Source of the DNA: Fibrobacterales bacterium | GTDB taxonomy: Bacteria > Fibrobacterota > Fibrobacteria > Fibrobacterales > JAOPTW01 | Direction of reading: 5' to 3' | Assembly (NCBI GenBank): GCA_051532035.1 | Contig: JAOPTW010000013.1 | Location: 320,001 to 384,000 of the forward strand | DNA: 64,000 nt | Shown here: in pieces, positions 30,043 through 39,010 of the stretch | How the letters are laid out: every line of letters starts with the position of its first letter | How positions within the stretch are numbered: the stretch's first letter is position 1 | Made by a program: the position numbers and the translations under genes | Notes under the pieces: generated by a model | Seen by the model: only the letters and a program-made list of their open reading frames with translations | Told to the model about the DNA's origin: nothing | Database searches by the model: none

Positions 30043-31605
30043 TTATTTACTATGAGTAAATGAAAAGCGTTCTCCATTGATTACTATTATATACAGTCCT
30101 GATTGCATAGTAATAGCATTTACTTCGGTAACCGACAAAGTCCTCCCCATTATATCGTAGAGTAATACGTTTGATTTTTGAATGAGTAGTTGCTGAAATT
30201 GAGCATGAGAGAGTTCCTTAATGTGTTGTATTGGGTACAATCCGGCAACACCGTTATTCAATGCATCAGATGAAAGCCCCAAAAAACTATTCGATTGTGC
30301 ACTCAGGTAAGTATCATTATTATCTTTTTCAGCCGATGATAGTGTTCCATTAGAAAGGTATTCAACCGAACTACTATGAGCGTCCTGAAAGAAATCACTT
30401 GAACGAAACTCCTCTAGTGAGGAGATTAACATTTCTGAAGAAGTCAAATGTAATGGAGATGAAAATGACGCTCCTGAAGACACAGAACTTAAAGCAGATG
30501 AGGATGACACTCCTGATGATACCGAACTTAATGCAGATGAATATGATACTTCTGAAGACACAGAACTTAATGCAGATGACGATGACACTTCTGAAGATAC
30601 AGAACTTAATACAGATGACGATGACACTTCTGAAGACACCGAACTTAAACGGGATGACGATGAGGGTTGATTTGACGAATATACATGCTGGCTCGATGAA
30701 CTTATTTGGGCACTCGAACTTATGGCTCCCGAAAGACAGGTTCTTGGATATTCATTTACGGTCTCCCACGCAAGTCGCTGTAATACCGCTGCTTGCGCAC
30801 TGGTTGGTATTTCATCATAAGAGCCTCCCCACTGTGTTCGCAGTTCATTGGTGAGTCCTTGAGGGTTTTGGTTATGTAACATCGCAAAGTGAATGAGTGC
30901 GATGTAGTATCTCCCCATGTCATTGAGATGAATGTGATCTTCAAACAATGCATCCATTTGTGATATTCCAGGTAGTTCACCCGCCATAACAGCATCATAT
31001 AGTTTTATAAGACCTTGGCCTCCAGGAATCATGCATACTGGTTTTTCAGGGTTGTGTGCTGAATTAAGCGAATCTACTATTCGTTCCCATACGTCAAGAT
31101 CATCAACTAGTTTTTGCCGCCATGCCTCCACCGCTGGCACATGTGCACAGTCTGCTCCAATTCCATTAGGTAAACAATGCCATATTTCATACACATACAC
31201 CTGAATACCGGGATTATGATCTTCTGCATAGAGATAAAAACTATCAGCAATTGGGTGGGTAAGTTTTAGATTATTTAAATTTCTCGGTACGCTCTCAGTC
31301 ATAATAAATGCATCAAAATCACCTGCAGGCAATCCATTATTTTCTTCAAAAAAAGAGCGGGCATGTGGCCGAGTACTAGGATTGTTTTCAGCCTTTTTTC
31401 CCCAATGAAAAACCAAAGGAGACCCAGGAATAGATTGAAATTCCCAATCAAATTGCACACTAGGGCGATCTTCAGATAACCTATGTACCATTGAAGGTAT
31501 ATAATCCGTTAAACTGTGCCCAATATAATATGCGTTAGTACTCTGTGAATAACTCTCAATAGTACATAAAAGCATCACCCAAATAAAACCTACTATTAAT
31601 CTCAT
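30043..31605 (-). CDS. Secreted SGNH/GDSL-like hydrolase-fold protein with Ser-rich repeats and T9SS-CTD-like tail
   Basis: Signal peptide; block I-like YIGHSLT; block V-like DHIH; tail LYDIMGR...SGLYII. Confidence 0.7.
   Translation of the reverse strand: MRLIVGFIWVMLLCTIESYSQSTNAYYIGHSLTDYIPSMVHRLSEDRPSVQFDWEFQSIPGSPLVFHWGKKAENNPSTRPHARSFFEENNGLPAGDFDAFIMTESVPRNLNNLKLTHPIADSFYLYAEDHNPGIQVYVYEIWHCLPNGIGADCAHVPAVEAWRQKLVDDLDVWERIVDSLNSAHNPEKPVCMIPGGQGLIKLYDAVMAGELPGISQMDALFEDHIHLNDMGRYYIALIHFAMLHNQNPQGLTNELRTQWGGSYDEIPTSAQAAVLQRLAWETVNEYPRTCLSGAISSSAQISSSSQHVYSSNQPSSSSRLSSVSSEVSSSSVLSSVSSEVSSSSALSSVSSEVSYSSALSSVSSGVSSSSALSSVSSGASFSSPLHLTSSEMLISSLEEFRSSDFFQDAHSSSVEYLSNGTLSSAEKDNNDTYLSAQSNSFLGLSSDALNNGVAGLYPIQHIKELSHAQFQQLLIQKSNVLLYDIMGRTLSVTEVNAITMQSGLYIIVINGERFSFTHSK
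30476..30670. repeat. Five tandem 39-nt coding repeats (13-aa unit SSVSSEVSSSSAL)
   Basis: Unit GAAGACACAGAACTTAATGCAGATGACGATGACACTTCT repeated with few substitutions inside CDS 30043..31605. Confidence 0.9.
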
Positions 31606-31802
31606 ATACCATCAAACCCCATGTGTTAGTCATCTAAATGTATCTAAACGAGCGGATTTATGGATAGACTGTAAATGTTACCGTTGAGTACTCGATCAAC
31701 GGCATTTTGTTGAAGGGACGGATTTTTTTGGGTTTCGTAAGTGGTCGCTCACAGCGATTACTTTACGCACTGCAACTCTATTTTCAATTTGAATGGCTTC
31801 TG

Positions 31803-31838
31803 AGGGCACTTATATTATTGCAAAAGTACAAGTGCCCT
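31803..31838 (-). terminator. Hairpin downstream of the Big_2 lipoprotein gene
   Basis: Stem AGGGCACTT / AAGTGCCCT. Confidence 0.45.
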
Positions 31839-31861
31839 GTGTCAGTCCATAGCCCGTATAT

Positions 31862-33508
31862 CTAATATGCCAAACAAAGAATTGCATACTGCTGATACCA
31901 CATGGCATTCGGGTCACACGAATATGGACCGAATTCAATCATAAGGTTGCCACTGCTCAGGTCAATAGCACCATACTCTTCATCTGTACTGATTGTTAGG
32001 CCATTGCAACTGCCGCCTTCAGTAGCATCAATCATATTTACGAAATCATTACCTCCAACCAAAGCGTAAGGAGCATTGGTACCAAGTTTTGCCATCAAGT
32101 CTCCAGTAAAGGCATCAACTTGCCACTGAGTCGTTGGATCTTCCCAATCCTGATCAATTATTTTGGCAAATGAATTTCCAAGAAGTGTTCCATCTACAGC
32201 TTTAATAACAGACTCTGCGGAAAAACCGTAATTTACAGGCATTAGAGCAATGTTATCAGCAGCATCAATGGTAACCATTGCGTGAACAGTAGTTTGAGTT
32301 ACTCCTGCAGGCTTATGAGCTGTACATAAATCATCAACACCTATACGGCCCCCAAGATCACCTCCAGTGAAGCCATCAGTCTCAGATTCAATAGCATACA
32401 TAATCAGTTCCTGCGTTACAGTTACGGTACAGATCGCAGTAAAACCGCCATCTTCAGATGTTGCTGTAATAACCGCCTCACCCATAGAAACTGCTGTTAC
32501 AAGCCCATCGTCAGAAACTGTTGCTATGGCCTCATCACTGGTACTCCAGATAACATTCTGGTACGTTGCATCAACCGGACCAACAGTTGCAGTGAGCTGT
32601 TCAGTCAGTCCAACATCAACAGTGGTGGTTGCCGTATTTAAGGTAACACCGGTAACACTCATTGTGGCTGGAGAGATATGGTAGGTAAAGATTGCAATAA
32701 AGCTACCGTCTTCGGTAGTAACAGTAATAACCGGCTGTCCCTCTGCTATTGCGGTCACCAAACCATTTTCTGAAACTGTTGCTATGGTCTCATCACTGGT
32801 AATCCAGATAACATTTTTATGTGTCGCATCTGCAGGTTCAACAGTTGTTAGAAGCTGTTTGGTATCTCCAACCTCAGCTGAAGAGGCAGAAAGGTTTAGG
32901 GTAACACTTGTAACTAACACCGGTGGAATGGGTACCGTTACAGTGCAGATTGCATAAAAGCCACCATCATTTGCAGTAACAGTAATACCCGCACTTCCTG
33001 AGGCTACTGCAGTTATTAATCCATCCGTAGAAATAGTTGCTATGGTTTCATCACCGCTGGTCCAGGCAACCCCCTGATGAGTCGCATCAAGTGGACCAAT
33101 AGCAGCAACGAGCTGTTCAGTTAAACCTATTGATAATTCAGTTATATTCTTATTTAGAGTTAGTCCGGTTACTGCAAGAATAACAGGCACCTCACTGGAG
33201 CTTGATACTGCACTGCTTATTGGGACCTGTGAGGATACAGTAGCTACTTCAGCGACACTACTGACAAGGAGTGCCTGAGACGACACAAGTACCGCATTAA
33301 CAGCGCTACTCACCTCAACCTTTGAAACCGAGCTGACTACTGCTGCACTACTCATAGGAAGAATCGTCTGAGAGGATTCCACAGCCGCTACACTGTCTAC
33401 AAGAGAGTCATCAGTTTCCTCAGCGGTATCAAACAAGCAGTGAGAAAAGATTAGAACCATGACGGTACCCATAAGGATTTTTGTGAGTATTTGTTTATTC
33501 AATTTCAT
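31862..33508 (-). CDS. Surface lipoprotein with three Big_2 Ig-like domains and a C-terminal endostatin/DUF1554-like domain
   Basis: AAGGAG SD before ATG 33508; lipobox-like FSHC; S/V-rich linker; three V..v.L...QL...P.DAT...V.W...DE.IATvS..GL.TA repeats; GDLGGRIGVDDLC...ILC. Confidence 0.8.
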   Translation of the reverse strand: MKLNKQILTKILMGTVMVLIFSHCLFDTAEETDDSLVDSVAAVESSQTILPMSSAAVVSSVSKVEVSSAVNAVLVSSQALLVSSVAEVATVSSQVPISSAVSSSSEVPVILAVTGLTLNKNITELSIGLTEQLVAAIGPLDATHQGVAWTSGDETIATISTDGLITAVASGSAGITVTANDGGFYAICTVTVPIPPVLVTSVTLNLSASSAEVGDTKQLLTTVEPADATHKNVIWITSDETIATVSENGLVTAIAEGQPVITVTTEDGSFIAIFTYHISPATMSVTGVTLNTATTTVDVGLTEQLTATVGPVDATYQNVIWSTSDEAIATVSDDGLVTAVSMGEAVITATSEDGGFTAICTVTVTQELIMYAIESETDGFTGGDLGGRIGVDDLCTAHKPAGVTQTTVHAMVTIDAADNIALMPVNYGFSAESVIKAVDGTLLGNSFAKIIDQDWEDPTTQWQVDAFTGDLMAKLGTNAPYALVGGNDFVNMIDATEGGSCNGLTISTDEEYGAIDLSSGNLMIEFGPYSCDPNAMWYQQYAILCLAY

Positions 33509-33679
33509 TGGTATCTCCTTTAAGTATTTTTGATATGCTACCAATATATTTTTGTCATATGGGTAATATGATTTGTCAAAAAGGAAATCAAGAAAAAGTC
33601 GAGTATACTTACTATTCAGCAAAAAACAGAACAACTCAGGCTCAGAAATATTTGTAAGAAACGCAATGTAATAGTTTGG

Positions 33680-34771
33680 TTATTGAGATTTATATTCGCT
33701 AGGATTACAGCCATATTTCTTCAGAAAACTCTTAGAAAACTGACTGATACTGAGATACCCGAGCCGCTCACCCACTTCAGAAACATTAAGCGAGCCATCA
33801 TCAAGTAATTTTTTAGCCTTCTCAAGACGGGCATTGAGATAATATTGATATATAGAGACGCCAAACTGAGATTGGAACTCTTTTTGAAGAGTTACTCTAT
33901 TGGTACTCATTTTTTTGGCGAGATCCTCAATATTGGGTTTTGATGTTATATTCTCAATAATTAATCGCTTCGCCTCAAGTGCCCTATCCATATTGTGGGT
34001 ATTCACCGTTTCTGATTGAGAACTGTTTATTCTAGTAAGGATCTTCTGAAGAAACCGAGCGAGAACAAGCTTGACCAACCCTTCAAGCTCCATCATTCCC
34101 GCAAGATTAAAACTGGAGTGATTAAAAATCATTCTGAGAAAAGCATCAAGATTCGTATCACTCTCCTCAAGGATTAAAAACTCCTTTTGGCTTTGAATCA
34201 AATCCTTCAACCCATCCTCAGTATCAAAATTCAAAACTTTATTCATTACCTCTCTATCGAGTACTATTGAAATTATATGATCGTCACTCCCCTTCTGCAT
34301 ATTTACCCTAAAATCTACATTGGGAGAAGTCCACAACCCACCAATGAGAGTGCCCTTACCGAGTATTTTTTCTTCAGAGTCAATCAGAACTGTGTGAGTA
34401 GTATCTGGGTGAGGAAATACAAATTCAAAGAGGTTATTTTCAGCGGGGTTTTTCCGGTGAACTTGCATATTAAACATAACTTGTATCTTATGCCGTACAA
34501 AGGTAAACCCTTCCTGTAATTTAAAAGCCTGAAGTTCATGAATGTTGTCTACATAATCCATTTTAAGATATTGTTCATGAGAAACAACCCCTTTGGCCTT
34601 TCCTAATTTATTAAGAAACTGGTCTCCATGAAGTAATTCAAGGTTCAGTTTGATTACTGTATTTGGAAAAAGGACAGTGAACGTTTTAACACTTTTTAGG
34701 AGGAACTCTTCAACATAACTTGGAAGGTTTAAATAATCCCAAACATCATTGAGTACTTCTTTAATATCCAT
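33680..34771 (-). CDS. AraC-family transcriptional regulator
   Basis: C-terminal IEDLAKK...RLEKAKKLL...VSEVGERLGY...FSKSFLKKYGCNPSEY. Confidence 0.92.
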   Translation of the reverse strand: MDIKEVLNDVWDYLNLPSYVEEFLLKSVKTFTVLFPNTVIKLNLELLHGDQFLNKLGKAKGVVSHEQYLKMDYVDNIHELQAFKLQEGFTFVRHKIQVMFNMQVHRKNPAENNLFEFVFPHPDTTHTVLIDSEEKILGKGTLIGGLWTSPNVDFRVNMQKGSDDHIISIVLDREVMNKVLNFDTEDGLKDLIQSQKEFLILEESDTNLDAFLRMIFNHSSFNLAGMMELEGLVKLVLARFLQKILTRINSSQSETVNTHNMDRALEAKRLIIENITSKPNIEDLAKKMSTNRVTLQKEFQSQFGVSIYQYYLNARLEKAKKLLDDGSLNVSEVGERLGYLSISQFSKSFLKKYGCNPSEYKSQ

Positions 34772-35014
34772 TGAAACTTTTTAAGTAGGAGTGCATATAT
34801 AAAATACTTTTTTTAACTGCAACGATCCAAAGAATGTGTGTGTGTAAGGAAATTTATAATCCGCATATAGTGCTCATTTTTTACGTATATGAATGAGCGT
34901 TATTCCAAAGGGCAAAAGTGATACATCTATTTCTTCTTAAAGTGCTTTGGGATAGAATAATATATCATAGGACATTATCACTCTCAAAACTATAGTTCAT
35001 ATTCATAATGGCTA

Positions 35015-37918
35015 TCAAGGAGGAGGACTAAACCCCTGGCGCATTGTATTTTCACTCACGGCTCTTTCGCGGATAAACTGATAGAGATAGTGCGGGCCGC
35101 CTGCCTTAAGGCCTTTACCACTGAGATTGGTTCCGCCAAATGGCTGTCTGCCGACCCTCGCTCCAGTACAAGACCGGTTAATATACAGGTTTCCCACATC
35201 CCAATCCCTCTTAATTTTTTCAATATGAGAAGGAGTTCTAGAAAAGATACCACCCGTTAATCCATAACGAGAATCATTGACCGCATCTAATGCTTCATCA
35301 ATTGTAGCCACTTTTTTCATAATCACCACAGGACCAAAAAGCTCCTGATGAAACAGTGTATGGGTATCATCTTCACAAGAGAGAAGTGTGGGCGGAACAT
35401 AGAGCCCTTGAGATGGAACTGCACACTGATAGACTACTTCGACCGAGCTATCAATAGCCCCTAGAACCCCCATTAAACGGTCATACGCCTCTCGATCAAT
35501 AACCGGAGGGATATCATTATTAAGTTCGGTAGCCGGACCTAACCGCAATGTAGCCATGGCGTCAACCATACGCCGTACAAAATCATCATACACGCTCTCT
35601 AGTACATACAACCGTGAGCACGCAGAACACTTCTGACCAGCAAAGGCGAATGCGCTGTAAATCACACCGGGAACCGCAACATCGAGGTCAGCGCTGTCAT
35701 CAATAATGAGTGCATTTTTACCCCCCAGTTCACATACTGCATGTTTCAACGTGCGTGAACCTTCTGTAACCGTCCCGCAGGTTTTAAGAATTTCCATCCC
35801 CACTGCCTGAGAACCCGTAAATGAGATAGTCGCTACGTCGGGATGTGCAACGAGTACTGGTCCCACCTCTTCCCCATTACCGGGAACAAACCGAAGGCTC
35901 TCCATACCCGCTTCTTTCATTAAAAGATAGAGTGCATGTGCACAGGCAGTTGACTGTTCCGCCGGCTTCCACACAATAGGGTTCCCCATTATCCATGGGC
36001 CAATAACCATACCACAGGGAATAGCCATCGGAAAATTCCAGGGTGTAATAACCCCCGTAACCCCTTGTGGATACAAAGTCATTTTATTCTGCTCTCCCGT
36101 TTGAGAGAAATCAAAAGGTTGCGTAAGAATTTTTGTCGCTTCAGCGGCATAATACGCACAAAAGTCAATTGCTTCGGCAATGTCAGCTTCGGCTTCGAGC
36201 AATGGTTTTGCCACCTCATGTGCTTGCAACGCCATGAGCTTAAATCGGTCCCTCTGTAACAACGAAATCAGCGTCTCTACCTGTGTCACTCGATGTGCAA
36301 GGCCACTCAGTGAATCCATCAGAGGGATCTGTTTCATCTCGGTAATTGATGATTCCATCTGTGCAATAGTTGCCGGAGTATATTGAGTTACTACTTCAGG
36401 TGGTCGCTGGGCACTCAGCACCTCTACCTCTGGCACGCCGTCACTCCCCATGGTTTTAACTACATACGGTTGTTTTGTTTGAGAGACTGCTTTTATGAGA
36501 GCACTTCTTGTAGTCGAGTCTGAAAAGTCAATCTGAGGTTCATTGTTAAATCCAGTATCAGAAAACCCGTCATCTGAAAAGGCACCCGCCAGTGGCACCT
36601 CGGGCTTTTGTAATAACTGGTCCAGAGCGACACCCTGCGTAAAACTCTGACTCATGAACCCTTGACTTGAACTGTTTTCTAAGAGTCGACGTACCAGATA
36701 CGCCATCCCTTTAACCAAGTCACCAACAGGTGTATAGAGTCGAACCTGCATTCCTCGAGAGGTAACGGCCTTGCTGAGTGAATCAGCCATACCATAAAGC
36801 ATCTGAAATTCAAAATATTGTGAAGGAACATCGAGCTCCCGAGCAATGGTTATGGCATGAGCAATACTTCGAATATTATGGGATGCTATTGCAGGTCTTG
36901 TCCACTCCCAGCCACGAATCAATACTTCTGAAAGTGTTTCAAAATTAAGGTCCGTCTCTTCTTTTGTGGTATAGACTGGTGGTACCCACCCACGAAGTTC
37001 TGATTCAGCCACTTCATAATCCCAGTAAGCACCCTTAACCAAACGGATTGTAATGGGCACTCCTCGCCCTTGTGCAATCTTCTGAAAATGTTCCAGTGTC
37101 TGGGCACTATCTGTTCTATAGGCCTGAACCACAATCCCCACATGTTCATACTGTTTAAATATACCCGATGTAATCATCTTCTCAAAAAAATGATTGGTCG
37201 GTGCATGGTGGTCATTATCTTCCATATCAAAATTGAGAAAGGCACCGGAATCGATAACACTCTGAAATAGTGGGTTGAGAAGTTCCTCGAGCTCATCAAT
37301 AACCTGTTCCTCGTCGAGGGGATTAAAGTGGGGATATATAGAACTCAGTTTTAGTGAGAGGTTTATCTGTGGAACCCGTGCACTCTCTTTATCTTGCACC
37401 TTACTCAGTGTGTTTAATATAGCGATGTATTTATTCAAGTACTGTGTACACTCGCCCTTACTGAGGGCAGCCTCCCCGAGTAGATCTACCGTTGTAGAAA
37501 CACCGGACTTCCAAAGATTACGGATTGCTGTTACTGTTTGATCGCTGGTCTCCTCGGTAAAATCACCAAGAATAAATGTTTGTGCCATCCCTTTTATGTT
37601 TCTTCGAATGAGCGCACTAGCGAATGGAGCTGCCAATGACCCTGTACCTACAGCAAATGCAGTTCGAATACTTTTAGGAAGGTTTCGGTCTGGCTGTCCC
37701 AGGTATTCCTTCAAATGCTGACTCACCTGGTTGACCGTTTTAAAACTGGGATAGGCATCAACAAATCTGAACATATCAACCCCAAACTCTGGGTCTTTAA
37801 GCGTCCACTCCATTATTTTGCCATACCAATATTTACTATTAATAATTGTGGATGTGCTCGTTTGCAAATCTTTCCAAAGAGCTTTTCCAAGTTCGTGTAT
37901 TTCGGTTTCTCTATCCAT
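35015..37918 (-). CDS. putA: Bifunctional proline dehydrogenase / L-glutamate gamma-semialdehyde dehydrogenase
   Basis: VDLLGE, DME, RLVKGAYW, ASHN, YLVRRLLEN (PRODH); PWNFP, ELGGKN, GQKCSA, ELFGP, QPFGG (ALDH). Confidence 0.95.
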   Translation of the reverse strand: MDRETEIHELGKALWKDLQTSTSTIINSKYWYGKIMEWTLKDPEFGVDMFRFVDAYPSFKTVNQVSQHLKEYLGQPDRNLPKSIRTAFAVGTGSLAAPFASALIRRNIKGMAQTFILGDFTEETSDQTVTAIRNLWKSGVSTTVDLLGEAALSKGECTQYLNKYIAILNTLSKVQDKESARVPQINLSLKLSSIYPHFNPLDEEQVIDELEELLNPLFQSVIDSGAFLNFDMEDNDHHAPTNHFFEKMITSGIFKQYEHVGIVVQAYRTDSAQTLEHFQKIAQGRGVPITIRLVKGAYWDYEVAESELRGWVPPVYTTKEETDLNFETLSEVLIRGWEWTRPAIASHNIRSIAHAITIARELDVPSQYFEFQMLYGMADSLSKAVTSRGMQVRLYTPVGDLVKGMAYLVRRLLENSSSQGFMSQSFTQGVALDQLLQKPEVPLAGAFSDDGFSDTGFNNEPQIDFSDSTTRSALIKAVSQTKQPYVVKTMGSDGVPEVEVLSAQRPPEVVTQYTPATIAQMESSITEMKQIPLMDSLSGLAHRVTQVETLISLLQRDRFKLMALQAHEVAKPLLEAEADIAEAIDFCAYYAAEATKILTQPFDFSQTGEQNKMTLYPQGVTGVITPWNFPMAIPCGMVIGPWIMGNPIVWKPAEQSTACAHALYLLMKEAGMESLRFVPGNGEEVGPVLVAHPDVATISFTGSQAVGMEILKTCGTVTEGSRTLKHAVCELGGKNALIIDDSADLDVAVPGVIYSAFAFAGQKCSACSRLYVLESVYDDFVRRMVDAMATLRLGPATELNNDIPPVIDREAYDRLMGVLGAIDSSVEVVYQCAVPSQGLYVPPTLLSCEDDTHTLFHQELFGPVVIMKKVATIDEALDAVNDSRYGLTGGIFSRTPSHIEKIKRDWDVGNLYINRSCTGARVGRQPFGGTNLSGKGLKAGGPHYLYQFIRERAVSENTMRQGFSPPP

Positions 37919-37975
37919 ATTCTGATTATACCCTATTTTGATAGGTTTTGGTATAATTGCCCCTTCTATTGGAAA

Positions 37976-38992
37976 TCAGCTATGTTCCGATTGAATTTTC
38001 AAAATTTCATCGAGAATACTTTCGAACGCTGCAAATACTTTTGGATCAAAATGTGTTCCAATGGTTTCCCTCATTACATCGAGAGCACGCGCAATTGGCC
38101 AGGCCTCTTTATAGGGTCGTTTACTGGTTAATGCATCAAACACATCTGCTACAGCCACAATCCTGGCATAAATATGAATGTTCTTATTCTTCAGTCCTTT
38201 AGGGTAACCGCTCCCATCCCATTTTTCATGGTGTTGCACTGCAATTATTGTCGCGACATTAATAAGCTCTGAGTGGTGTGTTCCAAGAATATTTGCCCCA
38301 ACCTGAGCATGGGTCTGTATAATTTTCCACTCCTCAGGATCAAGTTTTCCCGGCTTTTGTAGAATCTTATCAGGGATGCCAATTTTTCCCAAATCATGCA
38401 TTGGAGATGCCTGAAGAATCAGTTCACACTCTTTTTCAGGTAATCCATATGCTTGGGCAATTAAATAGCTATATCGGCTCATCCGAATTACATGCTGACC
38501 GGTATCATCATCTTTAAATTCCGCCGCCTTACCAAGTTTCCGAATAATATCAAGCCGAGTCTCTTCAATCTCCAGTGTTCTTAACTTCACTATTTCTTCC
38601 AAATCATCTCTGTGTTTTTTTAATTCAAGCTGACTTTTGACGCGGAGCACAACCAAATATGGATTTATGGGCTTGCTAATATAATCAACCGCCCCCAACT
38701 CGAGGCCAATTTCTTCATCTATTTCATCATTTTTAGCTGTCACAAAAATTATTGGAATATCTTTGGTTGATACATCATTTTTCAATTCTCTGCACACCTG
38801 ATACCCATCAATTTCCGGCATCATTATGTCAAGAAGTATAATATCAGGGGGACTGCTCAAAGCGAGGCTCAAAGCTTTTTTCCCATTTGTAGCACTGATA
38901 ACAGCGTAAGTATCACTCAATATTTCAAGCAATATCTGAATATTTTCTGGGACGTCATCTACTATTAAAACTGTCTGTTTATTGCGATCCAC
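37976..38992 (-). CDS. Response regulator with HD-GYP c-di-GMP phosphodiesterase domain (RpfG-like)
   Basis: REC domain (VDD, LLDIMMP, KP); HDLGK, HHEKWDGSGYP, RPYK. Confidence 0.95.
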   Translation of the reverse strand: MDRNKQTVLIVDDVPENIQILLEILSDTYAVISATNGKKALSLALSSPPDIILLDIMMPEIDGYQVCRELKNDVSTKDIPIIFVTAKNDEIDEEIGLELGAVDYISKPINPYLVVLRVKSQLELKKHRDDLEEIVKLRTLEIEETRLDIIRKLGKAAEFKDDDTGQHVIRMSRYSYLIAQAYGLPEKECELILQASPMHDLGKIGIPDKILQKPGKLDPEEWKIIQTHAQVGANILGTHHSELINVATIIAVQHHEKWDGSGYPKGLKNKNIHIYARIVAVADVFDALTSKRPYKEAWPIARALDVMRETIGTHFDPKVFAAFESILDEILKIQSEHS

Positions 38993-39010
38993 ACTTCTCT
39001 CCTTTCACAA

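Noticed and set aside
30399..30854. 151-aa repetitive ORF and CRISPR-like look of the 39-nt repeats
   Set aside because: It is the antisense shadow of the Ser-rich linker. The repeats are contiguous with no unique spacers and no cas genes.
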